Source of the DNA: Auanema rhodensis
Lineage: Eukaryota > Animalia > Nematoda
NCBI GenBank assembly: GCA_964057225.1
Contig: OZ059897.1
Coordinates: forward strand, 7,440,001-7,504,000
DNA length: 64,000 nucleotides
Direction: 5' to 3'
How positions within the stretch are numbered: position 1 is the stretch's first letter; every line of letters begins with the position of its first letter. Below, in pieces: positions 13,036-25,856 of this stretch. The position numbers and the translations under genes were made by a program. The notes beneath the pieces are model-generated. The model had not been told where the DNA came from, searched no databases, and saw only the letters and a list, made by a program, of their open reading frames with translations.

Positions 13036-15089
13036 ATGATTTTCAATTACTCTCTATTCATAAGAATGTTTTTGTATTTTCTTACTTTTGATTTAACATT
13101 AGCTCGGATTTTGCATATGGTAAGTGATGTTTATGGTTTTCATTTCATAAAACTATGAGGAATTCCTGCAAAACTTGAATAATTTTCCTTTTCTATTACT
13201 TGTGTTATAGCCGCGTGAAGTTCGTTGTCCAACTCTTATTGTATTTGGTGACTCATTGTCAGATGATGGAGTTGAAGCTATGGGACCATCACATGGATTT
13301 GTACGAAATTGTAATGGACCAAACTATGCTGAATATTTGAACAAGATACTAGGATGTGATACAGTTAGTATATTTATATATTTATATATAATGAATATAA
13401 TATTATAGTATATGAACCTAGCATATAGTGGAGCTAAAAGTAACTCAGACAATTTCTATTTTGAAGGATGGTCAGGAGTTCAGTGGCAAGTTGAAAAGTT
13501 CTTAGAAACTGAGCCTGAGTATGATCTAGGTATCAAACTCCATCCTGAAATTGTTTTATAACCATTGCGATTGTTTAGATCCAATAATCATCTTCCAATC
13601 AGGAGGGGCTATTGATTTCTTCACTGGAGAAAATGATTCTACAGCCGTTGTTGCTAATATTCAAACAACGTTAAGAAATTTGACCAAGGTTTATAGCTTT
13701 TCATACTTTTTGAACCCAACTAAAAATCAAAATTAAAAATTTATATGATTATAAAATTATTTCCGTGTAGAATTTGGATCGTGGTACACTGATCGTGCTT
13801 TCGTTAATGGATGTATCATCAGCACCTGGCGTTCGAACAGCCGAAGATTCTGATGATTTGCGACTTCGATTAGGCCAGCTTGTTTCTGATGCCAATAGAG
13901 TATGTAGTATTTTTCTTCATTCATATTGAATAATAATAATAAGATTATATAAAGAATAATTGGACACTTATTCAGAAATTAGCTCAACTTGTACTGGATG
14001 GAGATTTGGGTGTTCGACGAATGTCTCCATCTTTGAATGTTCAATATATAGATATTAACTCTATAATACTCTCAACATCATATAATTTGAATACAACACA
14101 GCCATTTACACACCATTCAGCTGATACAAGGTATATCACATTTATTATATTATTATATCACATGATTCATAGCCATATGATTCATGCAGATAGCAAGAAA
14201 AAAAGAAAAGAAATTTAAATTGAGCTAAATTACATAGGTTTATATGCATATTTATAAAGTTACCCAACGAATATACTAATAATAAGCATTTTAAAATATT
14301 TTTCATGAATTATATGCTTGATGAGAATTTTTATTTTTATAACAATGATGCTTATTAGTTTCTAAAACTTTATAAACTTCATAAACTTTGATGATATAGA
14401 AAGAATTTTGAAAAAAAACAGAAAATTCCCTGTGAGATAATATAAGATAAACTCTTCGTTTCTCTCTCTGTCTCTCTCTCTCTCTCTTTCTCTTTCTTTC
14501 TCTCTCTTTCTCTCTCTTTCTGAAAAAAACAAATACAACACAACCGCGAACTATGCTTTAAAAATGAAAATAAACCTTTATTTCACGTCAGTGATTCATT
14601 TCACGTCAACCATTCGAATGAAATAATATGCTAATTATCTTATCAATTGACGTCAAAAAGTTGGTCCTTTTCTGAAAAGCTAATGAGATATTCCAAAAGC
14701 AAAATGAAGAGATAAATTAGATGTTTCAGCTTCAGATGTTTTCTTCCTAAACATTCCATTTAACATTTCGTTCTTCAAGGACTTTTTATCATTATTCAAT
14801 ACAATTCTTTATTATGTATTATTACCTCACAGATCATGCAAAGTTGTCGAAATACTAATAGATTATGTTGCAAATTTGAAACGAAAAGCTCGAAATTTTT
14901 ATTTAAACTACATATACACGCTTAACATATTCATAAAAGAATATGGATAATTCATTATAATGAATATAATTTTGATTTTTCAGCATTCGTTCGCCATTCC
15001 GATATGCTTATCATGATTTATGGAATCCATCAACAATTGTCCATTATGCAATAGCTAAAGATATTGCTCGACAACTACAAGATCTCTAA
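13036..15089 (+). CDS. GDSL/SGNH hydrolase-family protein, probably secreted, with degenerate catalytic residues (7 exons)
   Basis: Block I IVFGDSLSDDG; RNCNGPNYAEYL; block II MNLAYSGAKS; block III-like IIIFQSGGAIDFF; block V-like YAYHDLWNPSTIVHYAIAKDI. All exons join in frame with GT-AG introns. Confidence 0.85.
14461..14520. repeat. (TC)n microsatellite in the last intron of the GDSL gene
   Basis: Interrupted TC run visible in the sequence. Confidence 0.9.
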
Positions 15090-15546
15090 AATAATTAAAT
15101 TTTTTAATATTTCAAATCATATTTGTATATTAGACTTTGATATGTATTACATGAAAAATGTTTTTTGTTTGTTATGATGATGACATTATGAACAATTTTG
15201 GACCTAAAAGTTCAATTTTCTCATTATTTTCTTCAAAACCTTTTTAAAATTTTCCTTAAATTAAACTAAAAACATTTTTATTATCAGTATATTATTGTAT
15301 TTATGAATACATTTTTTAACTTTTTACTTATAGTTGAAAAAGTATTTGAAATGTCTCGAACACAATTTCTAACTTGAAACAAGTTCATTAGTTACTATTT
15401 TGAATTTTTTTGAATTCATATTATTAAATGTATGCTATCTTGTGAATTATATTTGATTTCATAATGAATTTTTATTTATTTATATGCTACTCATATTGTA
15501 AACTCGTCAACTAGTTCATGTTAGCAATCGGCAATGGATGTTATTG

Positions 15547-15618
15547 GCCCATGTAGTATAGTGGTTAGTACCCCACGTTGTGGCCGTGGTGACACAGGTT
15601 CGATTCCTGTCATGGGCA
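15547..15618 (+). tRNA. tRNA-His (GTG)
   Basis: Acceptor stem GCCCATG/CATGGGC with discriminator A; D arm with TAGTGG; anticodon arm CCACG-TTGTGGC-CGTGG; T loop GGTTCGATTCC; downstream T run. Confidence 0.96.
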
Positions 15619-17259
15619 ATTCTTTTGCTTCATTTATATTTTCTTTGAAAACGTTTTAAAATAGCCTCTGTTTTGATTTATGTGAATTTTTGATTATCTG
15701 AAATGTGTTAAACTGTAATTATTAATTAACGTTGGGAAACATTCAAAATTTGTTTAAATTCTTGAAACATTTTATTTATTTTTGACGTGATATTCTATTT
15801 TAAGCTATGTTCATCATAATCTGGTAGCACTTATTCTAAAAACAGATGTAGAAAATGTTTAATTTTTTGGTCTAAATCAAGTGGCCAAGTGCAGAGATTT
15901 GAAAACAGTTACATAAATCTATTTTAAGATAAATGTTTTTTATTGAATTCAGGAAAAATTGGTTTAATACGTTTAAATCAATTAATCAATGAATCAAATG
16001 GACTCTTGTTTCAATGCTTTTCCGAGATTGATGTTGTGAGAACCATATGGTTCAGAAAATTTTCAAAACCTGATGTTCTATATTCACATTATCTTCTAAG
16101 AAAATCCTTTCAAAAACAACTGCCCAATTTGCAAATTTCTTGGAAATTATTACCATCAGCATGTTTATGCCTAGCTTTTAGTCTGAAGCTCATTATGTGT
16201 GAAACAGTGACGTCAGCATAGTTTATGGCAATTACTAATATTCACTACATTCAGCTGGAGAACTATAAGAACAGCTACTACTAATAGGAAGGTGGATGCC
16301 GTAAATATCTGATGCTACAAGCTATGGCTGTTGATACGTCTGTTATTGCTGCTGATTTAAGTAGAAACAGGAGCAGCATTACGTTTTCACTTGCTTTCAT
16401 AGCTTGTATTTGTTTGTTTGTTTCTGTATCATGGTTGTTGCCTGAAACTGTGGTTGGTAACACATGGCCAACTTTCCAATTGAATTTTGATTAATCAATA
16501 TTCTCTGACTAAGCTAACATGTGCCATTTATAACATTTTTTGTGTTATTGAAACTTTAATTATAATTTTCATACTTATGATAGTTAGTCACATAGCTAAT
16601 CAACTAATGCAAAGAATACTATGCAAACTACCAATTTGTAGGCCATATAGCTGTCCGGATCCCTTCGTTTTGTCAAATGCATGTGGGAAGAAACACTGAG
16701 AAGCAGCTTTCTGTACTTCTGGCCGTCATTATATAGGATCCTCGTGATGTGCTTGTCGATGTGAAACATCTAGAAATGGCTTTGCTTCTGTCTGGATAAG
16801 CAAAATCTCTTTCTCATCCTTTCTCTTTAGTTGCTACAGACTGATATCTGTTATCTCAAGGCTGAGATTATGAAATAAAAAGTTTTCATCAAGTATGATC
16901 AGTTGAGTACTTCACTCTATTCCTTTCATTACGGTTCACATTTTCTTAGTTTGTCTTGTTCATATATCTCTTAATTGGTTACAAAGTATGCTGAGATGAT
17001 CAGCATTTCGATGTAAAGTCTAAGAATATCTGAAGAATCGAATGCCAAATAGATTATTTTTTTCTAATATTCTTTAAGATCCTAGAATAATCTGAAAAAT
17101 TAGTGATGCATAAAATCCATTTGATTTATTAGAAATACTCGTTGAGTGAATACTATAGATGAGGAAGAGCTTCATTCTCTTATTATGTTTCTTCTCATTC
17201 ACTTTGATTCATATCCATGTCAGGCAAATATCCATAATGCCGAGCTCAAAAATTACTCT

Positions 17260-17265
<6 letters not shown>

Positions 17266-17309
<44 letters not shown>

Positions 17310-17337
17310 CCTCTCTTCCTCTCTCTCTCATTCTCAA

Positions 17338-17381
<44 letters not shown>
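17266..17381. repeat. (TC)n microsatellite upstream of the chemoreceptor gene
   Basis: Interrupted TC run; source of spurious SLSLSL ORFs. Confidence 0.93.
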
Positions 17382-17385
<4 letters not shown>

Positions 17386-17654
17386 TTTGTATATATACTA
17401 CTATGCTTTCCGTATGTTTCTCTCTTAAGCTTTCAGCCTTCTTCCAATATCTTTATTTTCAGACTCCTTGACTACGAATTTTACTCATCTCACCACAAGG
17501 ACCAACACTACAAGAATCTCTTTCTCCTCTTTTCTCAGCAAGCTGTATCTACACCTATTAATATCTAAAGAATATTCTTTGAAGATTTCTGCGCTGCCAA
17601 GCCGCGTGCTTAGTGCAATAGCCGAATAAGCTTTGCAAGCTTTTTTATCTGAAC

Positions 17655-18915
17655 ATGTCAAACAGCTCACCGCTTTTTCAAGATTCTGGCGCATCGTATG
17701 TGGTAGCACCAGAAGATCCTGTAGCATATATGTTCTATCGAGTTTTCATGGGAATTGAGCTTGTGGTTCATACTGCTTCAATGATTGTTGCTGTGTTCTT
17801 CCTCATTCAAGCAGCAAAACCTCACATAATACATGTGAATCTTCATATCATACTCTATAGTTTCATATTGACTCTAATAACAACATCAATAATCCGTATA
17901 CCCTATTGTTTTGTTGTTTTGATAGAATTACCAGAAGAAACATTGGACTATGAGTTTATTTTCAAATTGCGCGATAGCTGTATGTGTATAGGTCAGTTTT
18001 CTAAAGAATTTTACATTCTTTTACTTTTACTAATCTCTGATAAACTACTAAATTCTAATAATATTATGAATAGATAGCTATTATACAATATAAATTTCCA
18101 AAAATAAAACAAATCTACTATAAATGCATTGATTTCTGATGTGTTAGACAAGTAATTCAATCACATCTTTTCTCTTCATCTTCGAAAACTTTTCAACAAA
18201 ACCTCTACATAATGAATATCTTATCGCATTTCTTTTTTAGATTGTAAACATTTTTTTTTCCAGGAGGAATACATTTGCTTCTGATCGCAATTGAACGTCT
18301 AGTTGCTACCATTAGAGCAGATAGATATGAAGCTGAAAATCATGGCATGATTGTTCTTTCGTCGATCTCAATTTTGGTTTGTTTTATTACCTTTATTCAA
18401 ATTTTTTTCTAATTATATGCTTTTCAATGTTATAATCGTATTTTAGTGGATTATTGTTTGCTTTGTGATTTTCAAATACAAAGATGGCCCTGTATCACGT
18501 TTTCTAATTGTTGGAGCTCTAACATTCCCCATCATCTCAGCAACAGTGGTATGTATATGAAGTAAAAAAATGAAACATCTAATGGTTTTCAATACAATTT
18601 TTGCAAAAAAAACGATAAAAAGCCGGAAGAAACGGCTGTAGTCAGTTCGATCTCTTCTAAGGCTCATTTAGGTCATGTTCTTTGTTCGGACTTTGAACTA
18701 CCGAAATTGGCATAATCACCGTGGTGAACTGCCTGTTGGCCATGTGTATCAAGTAACATATTTTTATTAAAAATTGTATTAACTATACTATTATTATAGT
18801 TAAGAGAAAATGTTATAACATCACTGGCATTAAGTAAATGCTTTTTCTTCATGATTATACAAAGCATCATATGCTTGACTTCATTCGTCGGTTATGCACT
18901 TTCAAGGTTACATCC

Positions 18916-18966
<51 letters not shown>

Positions 18967-19407
18967 TCTCACTTTTTTCTTCATATATAGTTAAAGTCAA
19001 AACTATTTCCTCTCTCATTTTCAGATTCATTTATCTGAATGTATGGATGGAAAAGATTACTGGGTTCATATTTGATGTTGGAATAGCTACATGTGCATTT
19101 ACCGTTTGTTTATCTTTATCATACTATCATCCAAAACTGAAGCTTCGAATACTACGCTACTATCAGGAGAGTATGCAAAGACAAACGAAAATCAAATTTG
19201 AAAAATAACATTTCTAGCTGTCAACACTTTTTATGGTTCCGGAAAGCACATGGATGAACCTGTTGAAATAGTTGATCTAGACGGAAGGGTTGTAACGGTA
19301 AAGGTGAAAGTAGTGTTGCAGTTAGATTAATCAAACCATTCCAATCTATTTAGACTGCTGATGAAACAGCCGTTTACTTTGATCAGCTTAAAGCTGCATG
19401 GTCTTAA
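17655..19407 (+). CDS. Serpentine chemoreceptor GPCR, Sra superfamily (Sre/Srab-like; 8 exons)
   Basis: Several hydrophobic segments with family-typical motifs HVNLHIIL, IAIERLVATIRADRYE, YQ|LRENV, YHPKLK and C-terminal YFDQLKAAWS*. Confidence 0.85.
18919..18970. repeat. (TC)n microsatellite in a GPCR intron
   Basis: Perfect TC run directly visible. Confidence 0.92.
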
Positions 19408-19713
19408 GACATGCTTCATGCCAAATCTAACACTTAAAAACAATTGTGCCTTTCAGCTTATATTTTACTTATAAACTATTCAAGTTAAACCTTGTATTTA
19501 TATATAAAAATAAATAATTATATGTGTACAAATAAATAATTTTCGTATCTTTGATATTCAACCGATTTCATTCAATGCTTTTTCGAAAATGAAGGTGTAA
19601 AATATCACGTGAAATCATACGTCAGTGTGCAACATGTATTTTTCATTATGCTAATTAGGAAAACAAATTATTTTTTATTTTTTTTGTCGTGTAAACACTT
19701 TTTCTTCTTTTTC

Positions 19714-22649
19714 TTATAATTTGGCTTCTTCCATAATAAAATCTTCAAGATGTGGTTGGCCCGTATATTGAACTATTTTGTTATAAACTTGTTTCAATTT
19801 GGATACCTTCAATCGGTATTCCTTACCCTGAAAATGAAAAATTATGAAAAATTAACTTTTTTTCTATTATATTACCACTCTTTCTAAGCACTTCATGTCA
19901 ATCAATGTGTGGAATGTGTTCTTCATAGGATCTATGGATAAGAATGATAGGCGAATTGGAATACCAACACCTAACTCGTATCTTCGAGCAATTTCCTAAA
20001 GAAATATGAAATATATTTGTAATTTCAATCATAGAAATACTTGTTGTGCGGTTCTAATCAAGAATGGAACGCTCAAAGAATCACTTTTAGCATCTAAAAT
20101 GCTTGAAAGAACTACAGTAAACTGACAAATATATGGCTGAAAGATGAAGAATATATTCAAAGAAAAAAAAATGTTGTTATAACTAACCATTATAATATCT
20201 TTAAGTGTTTTTAAATTATTCATATTTATTACATTAATAGTATCCAGCTGTATTTGAATTATTGATGAATTTTGTAATTTCAATAGAGCTTCATCAAACA
20301 TTTTGTCTTCGTCTCCAGGAACAAAGACAAATTCTCGCTTCAAAATTTGTACAAGCTCTCTGAAAAGCTTTCTATATGTCAAAGAATATTCTTAAAAATA
20401 ATATATTACAAGTATTTCTTCTTAATATCCGAAATATTCTTCAGTCCCAGCTGAAGTATAATGGCAGCAATGTATCCAGCTTCAACAACTCCATGTATCA
20501 TCTGAATGATTGAAATAACTTTGAATTCTACAACTTAATCATGTAACTCACCACATTAGAATATGTTGTGAGAATTAGGCGTGATACTGCTCTCATCATG
20601 ATGTCTTTCTCAACATAGCCAGGTTTCTCAACAGGGAAATCTTTCAAACGCATTTGGAAATTACCTTCCATGCTCATCGGATGGAAGAGATCATCATGAA
20701 GACTGATGTAATATCTAGAAACTCAATTGAGAAATTCGAAATATTAGATGAAACACCTTAAATCTTCATCCAATGTTTTGCTAACATTAACAACAATATT
20801 CAATAGTTTAAGTACTTCTATCAAATCTTTAACTTGATAATGAATATCATAATAATGGAATATTTGGTCATCATTATGATCTAATAACTGAAAACCTATT
20901 TTTGAAACTTGAAAGCTCAAAAAACGCCTACTTTTAGCATGATTGTACATGCGATAGGCCAGACAGTGATAATGGAATTGTTATCGTTAGCTTTCACGAT
21001 CTGATGACCAAATCTGCGAATGATTTTTTTAGTGTTCTCTTCCAAAACAAATTGAGAATCAGGCTGAAACGAAACTCATTCAAGCTAATGAAGCTCAAAA
21101 TTTCAATTACCTGGCTAACAAAGCTTGATCTATACAAAGAATTTCCAAACATATCACGAAGAGAAATTGGTTCTCCAAAAGTGATGAAGCATTTTCCAAA
21201 ATTCTTTTTGAAAACATCACGTGCTTTGAATAATGCTATAACATAAGATTTAAAATTGATCAACTTGGCATCAATTCTAACCTGAAGTAGATTCTTTTGG
21301 CTTGGGAAAACCTAACAACTCATAAGCATATAAGGTTTCTTCCAGAATTTTATCGTAATTCATAGCTACAGGAACTATTGTCTGAAAAAGAATATCAATA
21401 TGATTACTGTAAAATAATTGTTGAAACTTACAAGATCAAAAATATTTCCTCTTAAATATGGTTCTAAGACGATTTGTAATAAGCCGTATTTGGGGTGAAT
21501 ACTTTTTCCAACTCGACTACGAGTACCTTCAACAAAGAATTCGACTGTTCTATCAGTATCAGTGAGATGTATTTGAACATATTCAGAGAAAACAGCCCAG
21601 TATAGTCGATCCTAAAAGAAATATGTTATAAGAAATTAACTTTAAAAACTATGATTATCTAACATTTCCAAATGATCGTCGAAGAAAGAAAGCTCCACAA
21701 CGTCGTAATACAGCACCCATAAATGGACTGTTGAGAAAGTCAGCTCCAGCAGCAATAGCCGGAAGGGGAATTTCCTGAAGAAAACGATAAAGAAGCTTTA
21801 GTATTATACTTCAAATGAACTTACATATTCAAAACAGATGAGTGATAATAATAAGAAATCTAGATATGTTCTATGAGAAGGCATAAACACTACTGAACTG
21901 GTTTTACATAATTCCCGAATCTTTCTAGCTTGTTCAGCATTCACATAAATTGAATCAAATATATCCTAAAATGAACTATTTTTTGGTTTATATATTCTTC
22001 TGATAGTACATACCCGTAGGCCAGTAGCAACAGCCCAGCCTAGTAATCTGACATAAAACAAATCGAACTTATGAGACATAATATCCAATATCTCCTCGAC
22101 TTCTGCTACAACTTCTTTTCTGGAGCATTGCCTTGTTTCTGTTTCAGCCGTTATAGCTTCCTGAAAGAATGCTTATGATGTTAACTTTCAAATGCTTTTT
22201 AGAAATTAATAAATACAGTTCCTGGCAGAAGCACATTGTGAACTTTTTGATAAGAAAAATAACTATCTATTAGAACATATACATAAGATAATGTGGTAGA
22301 TTGACTTTAACAATCATTTTCTGAAGACATTTCTCTCCGATAATCTTGATTTTACCACTAAGAATTAGAAAAGGTTATCAAAGACCAGAAAATGGTTATC
22401 AGCGAAAAGCCAGCTTTTTCCGAAAAATTATTGGAAAATTGCTAAATGTACCTGTACTCTACTTGAATTCATAACTGATTGACGGATATGCTTCAAGTCT
22501 CTATTAGTAGGATTTGGAGTTCTGAGTTTGTTAAATGGAAAATCACGTTGCTGGTATACCCATTCATATGCACTGTCATTGTGGTGATGTTGCAGCTTTT
22601 CCAGCCAGTCCTCGTAAAGAGGAAAGTTAACCTGATGACCGACAGCCAT
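19714..22649 (-). CDS. GNPAT: Peroxisomal dihydroxyacetone-phosphate acyltransferase (DHAPAT; acl-7-like), multi-exon
   Basis: Acyltransferase blocks [11 protein letters not shown] (HxxxxD), GAFFLRRSF and [13 protein letters not shown], then [14 protein letters not shown]. The last exon ends ...DFIMEEAKL*, a PTS1 signal that favours GNPAT over mitochondrial GPAT. Confidence 0.9.
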
Positions 22650-24171
22650 TGGATTTAACCTGGAGAGAATATTTTATTATTTGGAACAATGATAATAATA
22701 CATTTTTGTTGGGAAAAAGAGAAAATGAAGTAGATGAAGAAGTGATCTGAAGGATCAAATAGTTATTTAAATTCATATTTATTCATAAATATATAGATAA
22801 GGCTATTGATAACATATGCAAATTTATGTTATTCACATGTATATGCACGTGATTCATTCATCTAAAATTTGAACAGAAAATTCGAAATGAAGTTCGGTAT
22901 ATTTCGAAGTTGCAACTAATCTAATCAAGCAGTAATGATCATTGCTTTTTAGAGATTTACAAACAAAACAGCTTTAAACATGAAAAATATGTGAATATGA
23001 TGAATAAATAATTTAATAAATGAATAACATGAAGGATAACAGCCTAAGAAGGTGAATGGTCTGATGGGGTGGACGATGCAAAATATCGTGGAGGCCAGAT
23101 CGAAGAGTGTCAATCGTTGCTTATCACCACCACTCACGCCATAACCATCTGTGCATTTTGTTGGATCAACGGAAGTGTTGTTCTGTGCAAATTTTCGAAA
23201 TAACAACTGATTGAATAAAATAAATAAAATATAAAATAATAAGTAAATATTATAGTAAATAATTATAATAGATAATAAAATATATTTTCAATCATAGATA
23301 TATGAGAATCAAATATAATATTAGATGAGCATAGAGCATACCTGCATGTGCATATGCATCTTACTAAGTGAGCTTCAATGAAAATATTTCAAATTAATTA
23401 CTATTTGAGGGTCGAAGGGCAGATGGATGTACATATAGTACCTTAACAATGAATGATCCTGATATGAAAAAAGATAAGATTACAAATAGATTATAGTGAA
23501 GTTTGGAAGGACCGAATATAAAAATACAATGAATGCTTCTCTCATTTTCCTCTATTATTCAAGGAAATACATACAAGCACAGATAGGCAAATGAAACTAG
23601 ACTAGCTCATTTGTTATATTATTTGAAAGAAAGTTCTATTTTCGTTAATCGTTTTGTAGTTTAAGATTGATTAAGCTACATTGGTGCCTGGTTTCATTTA
23701 TTGTACATCATCTTTGATTCTATTTGCATGTATATAGTAATATATAAGATAAGATTACCAATTTTCATAATATATACATATATATTTACTTAAATTATAT
23801 TTAACTGAACTTAAATATTAAAAATTGCACTTACCTCACATGCCAGAATGAGAAATACAACCGCTTACGTCAGTCTGCTCATATTAGAATGAGACGTTCA
23901 CGTGTGCGTGTGCGTGACACGTAAGTTGATTAGCATAATTATACTAAAGTAAGCGATATCAGTTAAATACAAAGTATATAATGTAATCTAAAGATAACAA
24001 AATATTTATTATTATTGACATTAAAAGAATTATGTAAACATGAAAACATGACTTAAAAACTTTTTAGCAACAAAAGTTTATAATAAATAAAGAAAAATAA
24101 ATTTGTACATGTAACAATGCGATATATTCATTTTGGTTTCCAACTAACTAACTATACATATTGAATAGACT

Positions 24172-25856
24172 TTATAATCGTTTTTTACTGTCTAAGTAGA
24201 TTACTGAGAATGGTGTTAGACCTCTATTTGTGTTCTTATGAAATGATATTTTACAAAAATCTTGAATGCTATTGCTTAATTTTAAATAGCTTGCACTACG
24301 TTCTAATAAATTCCATTCATCTTCTGTTTCTAAAACTTTTGCACATTTTTCCTGAAATTTCTAATTAGGAAGAGAACTAAATTACTTTACAAACCAGTAG
24401 ATGCATCATTGATACTGAACCAACAAAACATATAATTTCTATTAAACATTCAACTTTTGAATAATTTCCTGCTCGTTCACCAGTGAACAAATTAGTTAAA
24501 AACCAATTTTTCTGTAAAACATACACGTACCAATTGAATTTGTGATGAAGCTCACCAAGATATCTCTGTAGATAGTTTCATCAGTAGCAAAGACTCGTCT
24601 ACCACTTGCTCTTTCATTGTTGGCTTCTTCTTGTAATTTATGTAAAATGAATTGTTCACATCGTTCGATAACAGTTCGAGTTTGAAATCTGATTGCACAA
24701 TGAAGTATTTCCCGAATATTTTTTTCTGTTTTAATATGGGAAAGTATAGGTATGTGTCATATTTCAATGAAAATTACCAGATAACTCATAATCCCATTCA
24801 TATAGAGCTCGAAGGAAGTGCAGTATCGATGAAGCATCTTCATATTTCAATTGAATCGTCTTAATTCCACCAGAGAAAATGTTAGAAATTTTTCGTTTAC
24901 CTACAAATTATACTTTGTATACATATAGTTTTTAGTATAGTATATGACTCACATGCTTTATCTATCATTTCTTTAAAAACAGGCGAATGATAGCATAAGC
25001 TCTGTAAGAAAAATAAGATTTTTATACTTTTAAAGATCTCGAAGTTTGTGATTGTCCTTTTGCAGAAGACTTCAAACACACGCACACACACACATACAGT
25101 TAGTTCTAAGGTTTATTGTTCTAACGCTTGGCTTGCAATACAACACGTCAAATGTTAGTTAGTTCATGTATATCATAGAGTATTCTCACTGTCAAACTCA
25201 AAGTCAAACTTACTGATTTATTAGCATATAGTGAAATACCATCAACTTCTAAAATGATATCCGCATGATTGACATATGGATCAAAGTACTTCATATCTGG
25301 TCTTCAGAATAGAATCATTTTAGATTAATTATTTTAAAGAAATATATTTTTAAACTTACAAATTATTTACTTCAATTATAGTGATTCGTAATTTGAAATA
25401 CAAAATATCAGAATGTTTTCCTTTCTTATCACCTTCCTCAATTGTGTCCAAATCTAGCAGTTTGTGATCTCGTGATCCATTTTCAAGCGAATCAGAATAA
25501 AATTCAACAATTTCACTCTAAAAAAAGAATAAAATGATAATGAACGAATAAGATGTTGTAAAATTTACTTTTAGATGAAGACGTTTAGTTGAATGATTAG
25601 ATGAGTAAGCAGTATCACATGTTATTTCAGTTTTAATGTTCCATGATTGGCTCGTTTCAACAAGTGGTACTACAGAGATTCCAACGAAATCATATTCGAA
25701 AAACGGAATCCTTTACGGAAAAAAGAAGAAAGAAAATGAAGGAAATTCTAAATAGAAAAGCAAGCATTACCAGTTGAAGAAGCAAGCAAATTTTTGTTTT
25801 TCTACTGTACAACTCTTCTCTATTAAATTGGCATGAAACGATAGATAATAGTTCAT
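24172..25856 (-). CDS. BTB/POZ protein with a probable divergent N-terminal MATH-like domain (bath-like Cul3 adaptor)
   Basis: Spliced BTB core: ADIILEVDGISLYANKS|SLCYHSPVFKEMIDKA...TIQLKYEDASSILHFLRALYEWDYELS|EKNIREILHCAIRFQTRTVIERCEQFIL. Beta-rich N-terminal exons (SWNIKTEI...ILYFKLRITII). The start codon is uncertain. Confidence 0.75.
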
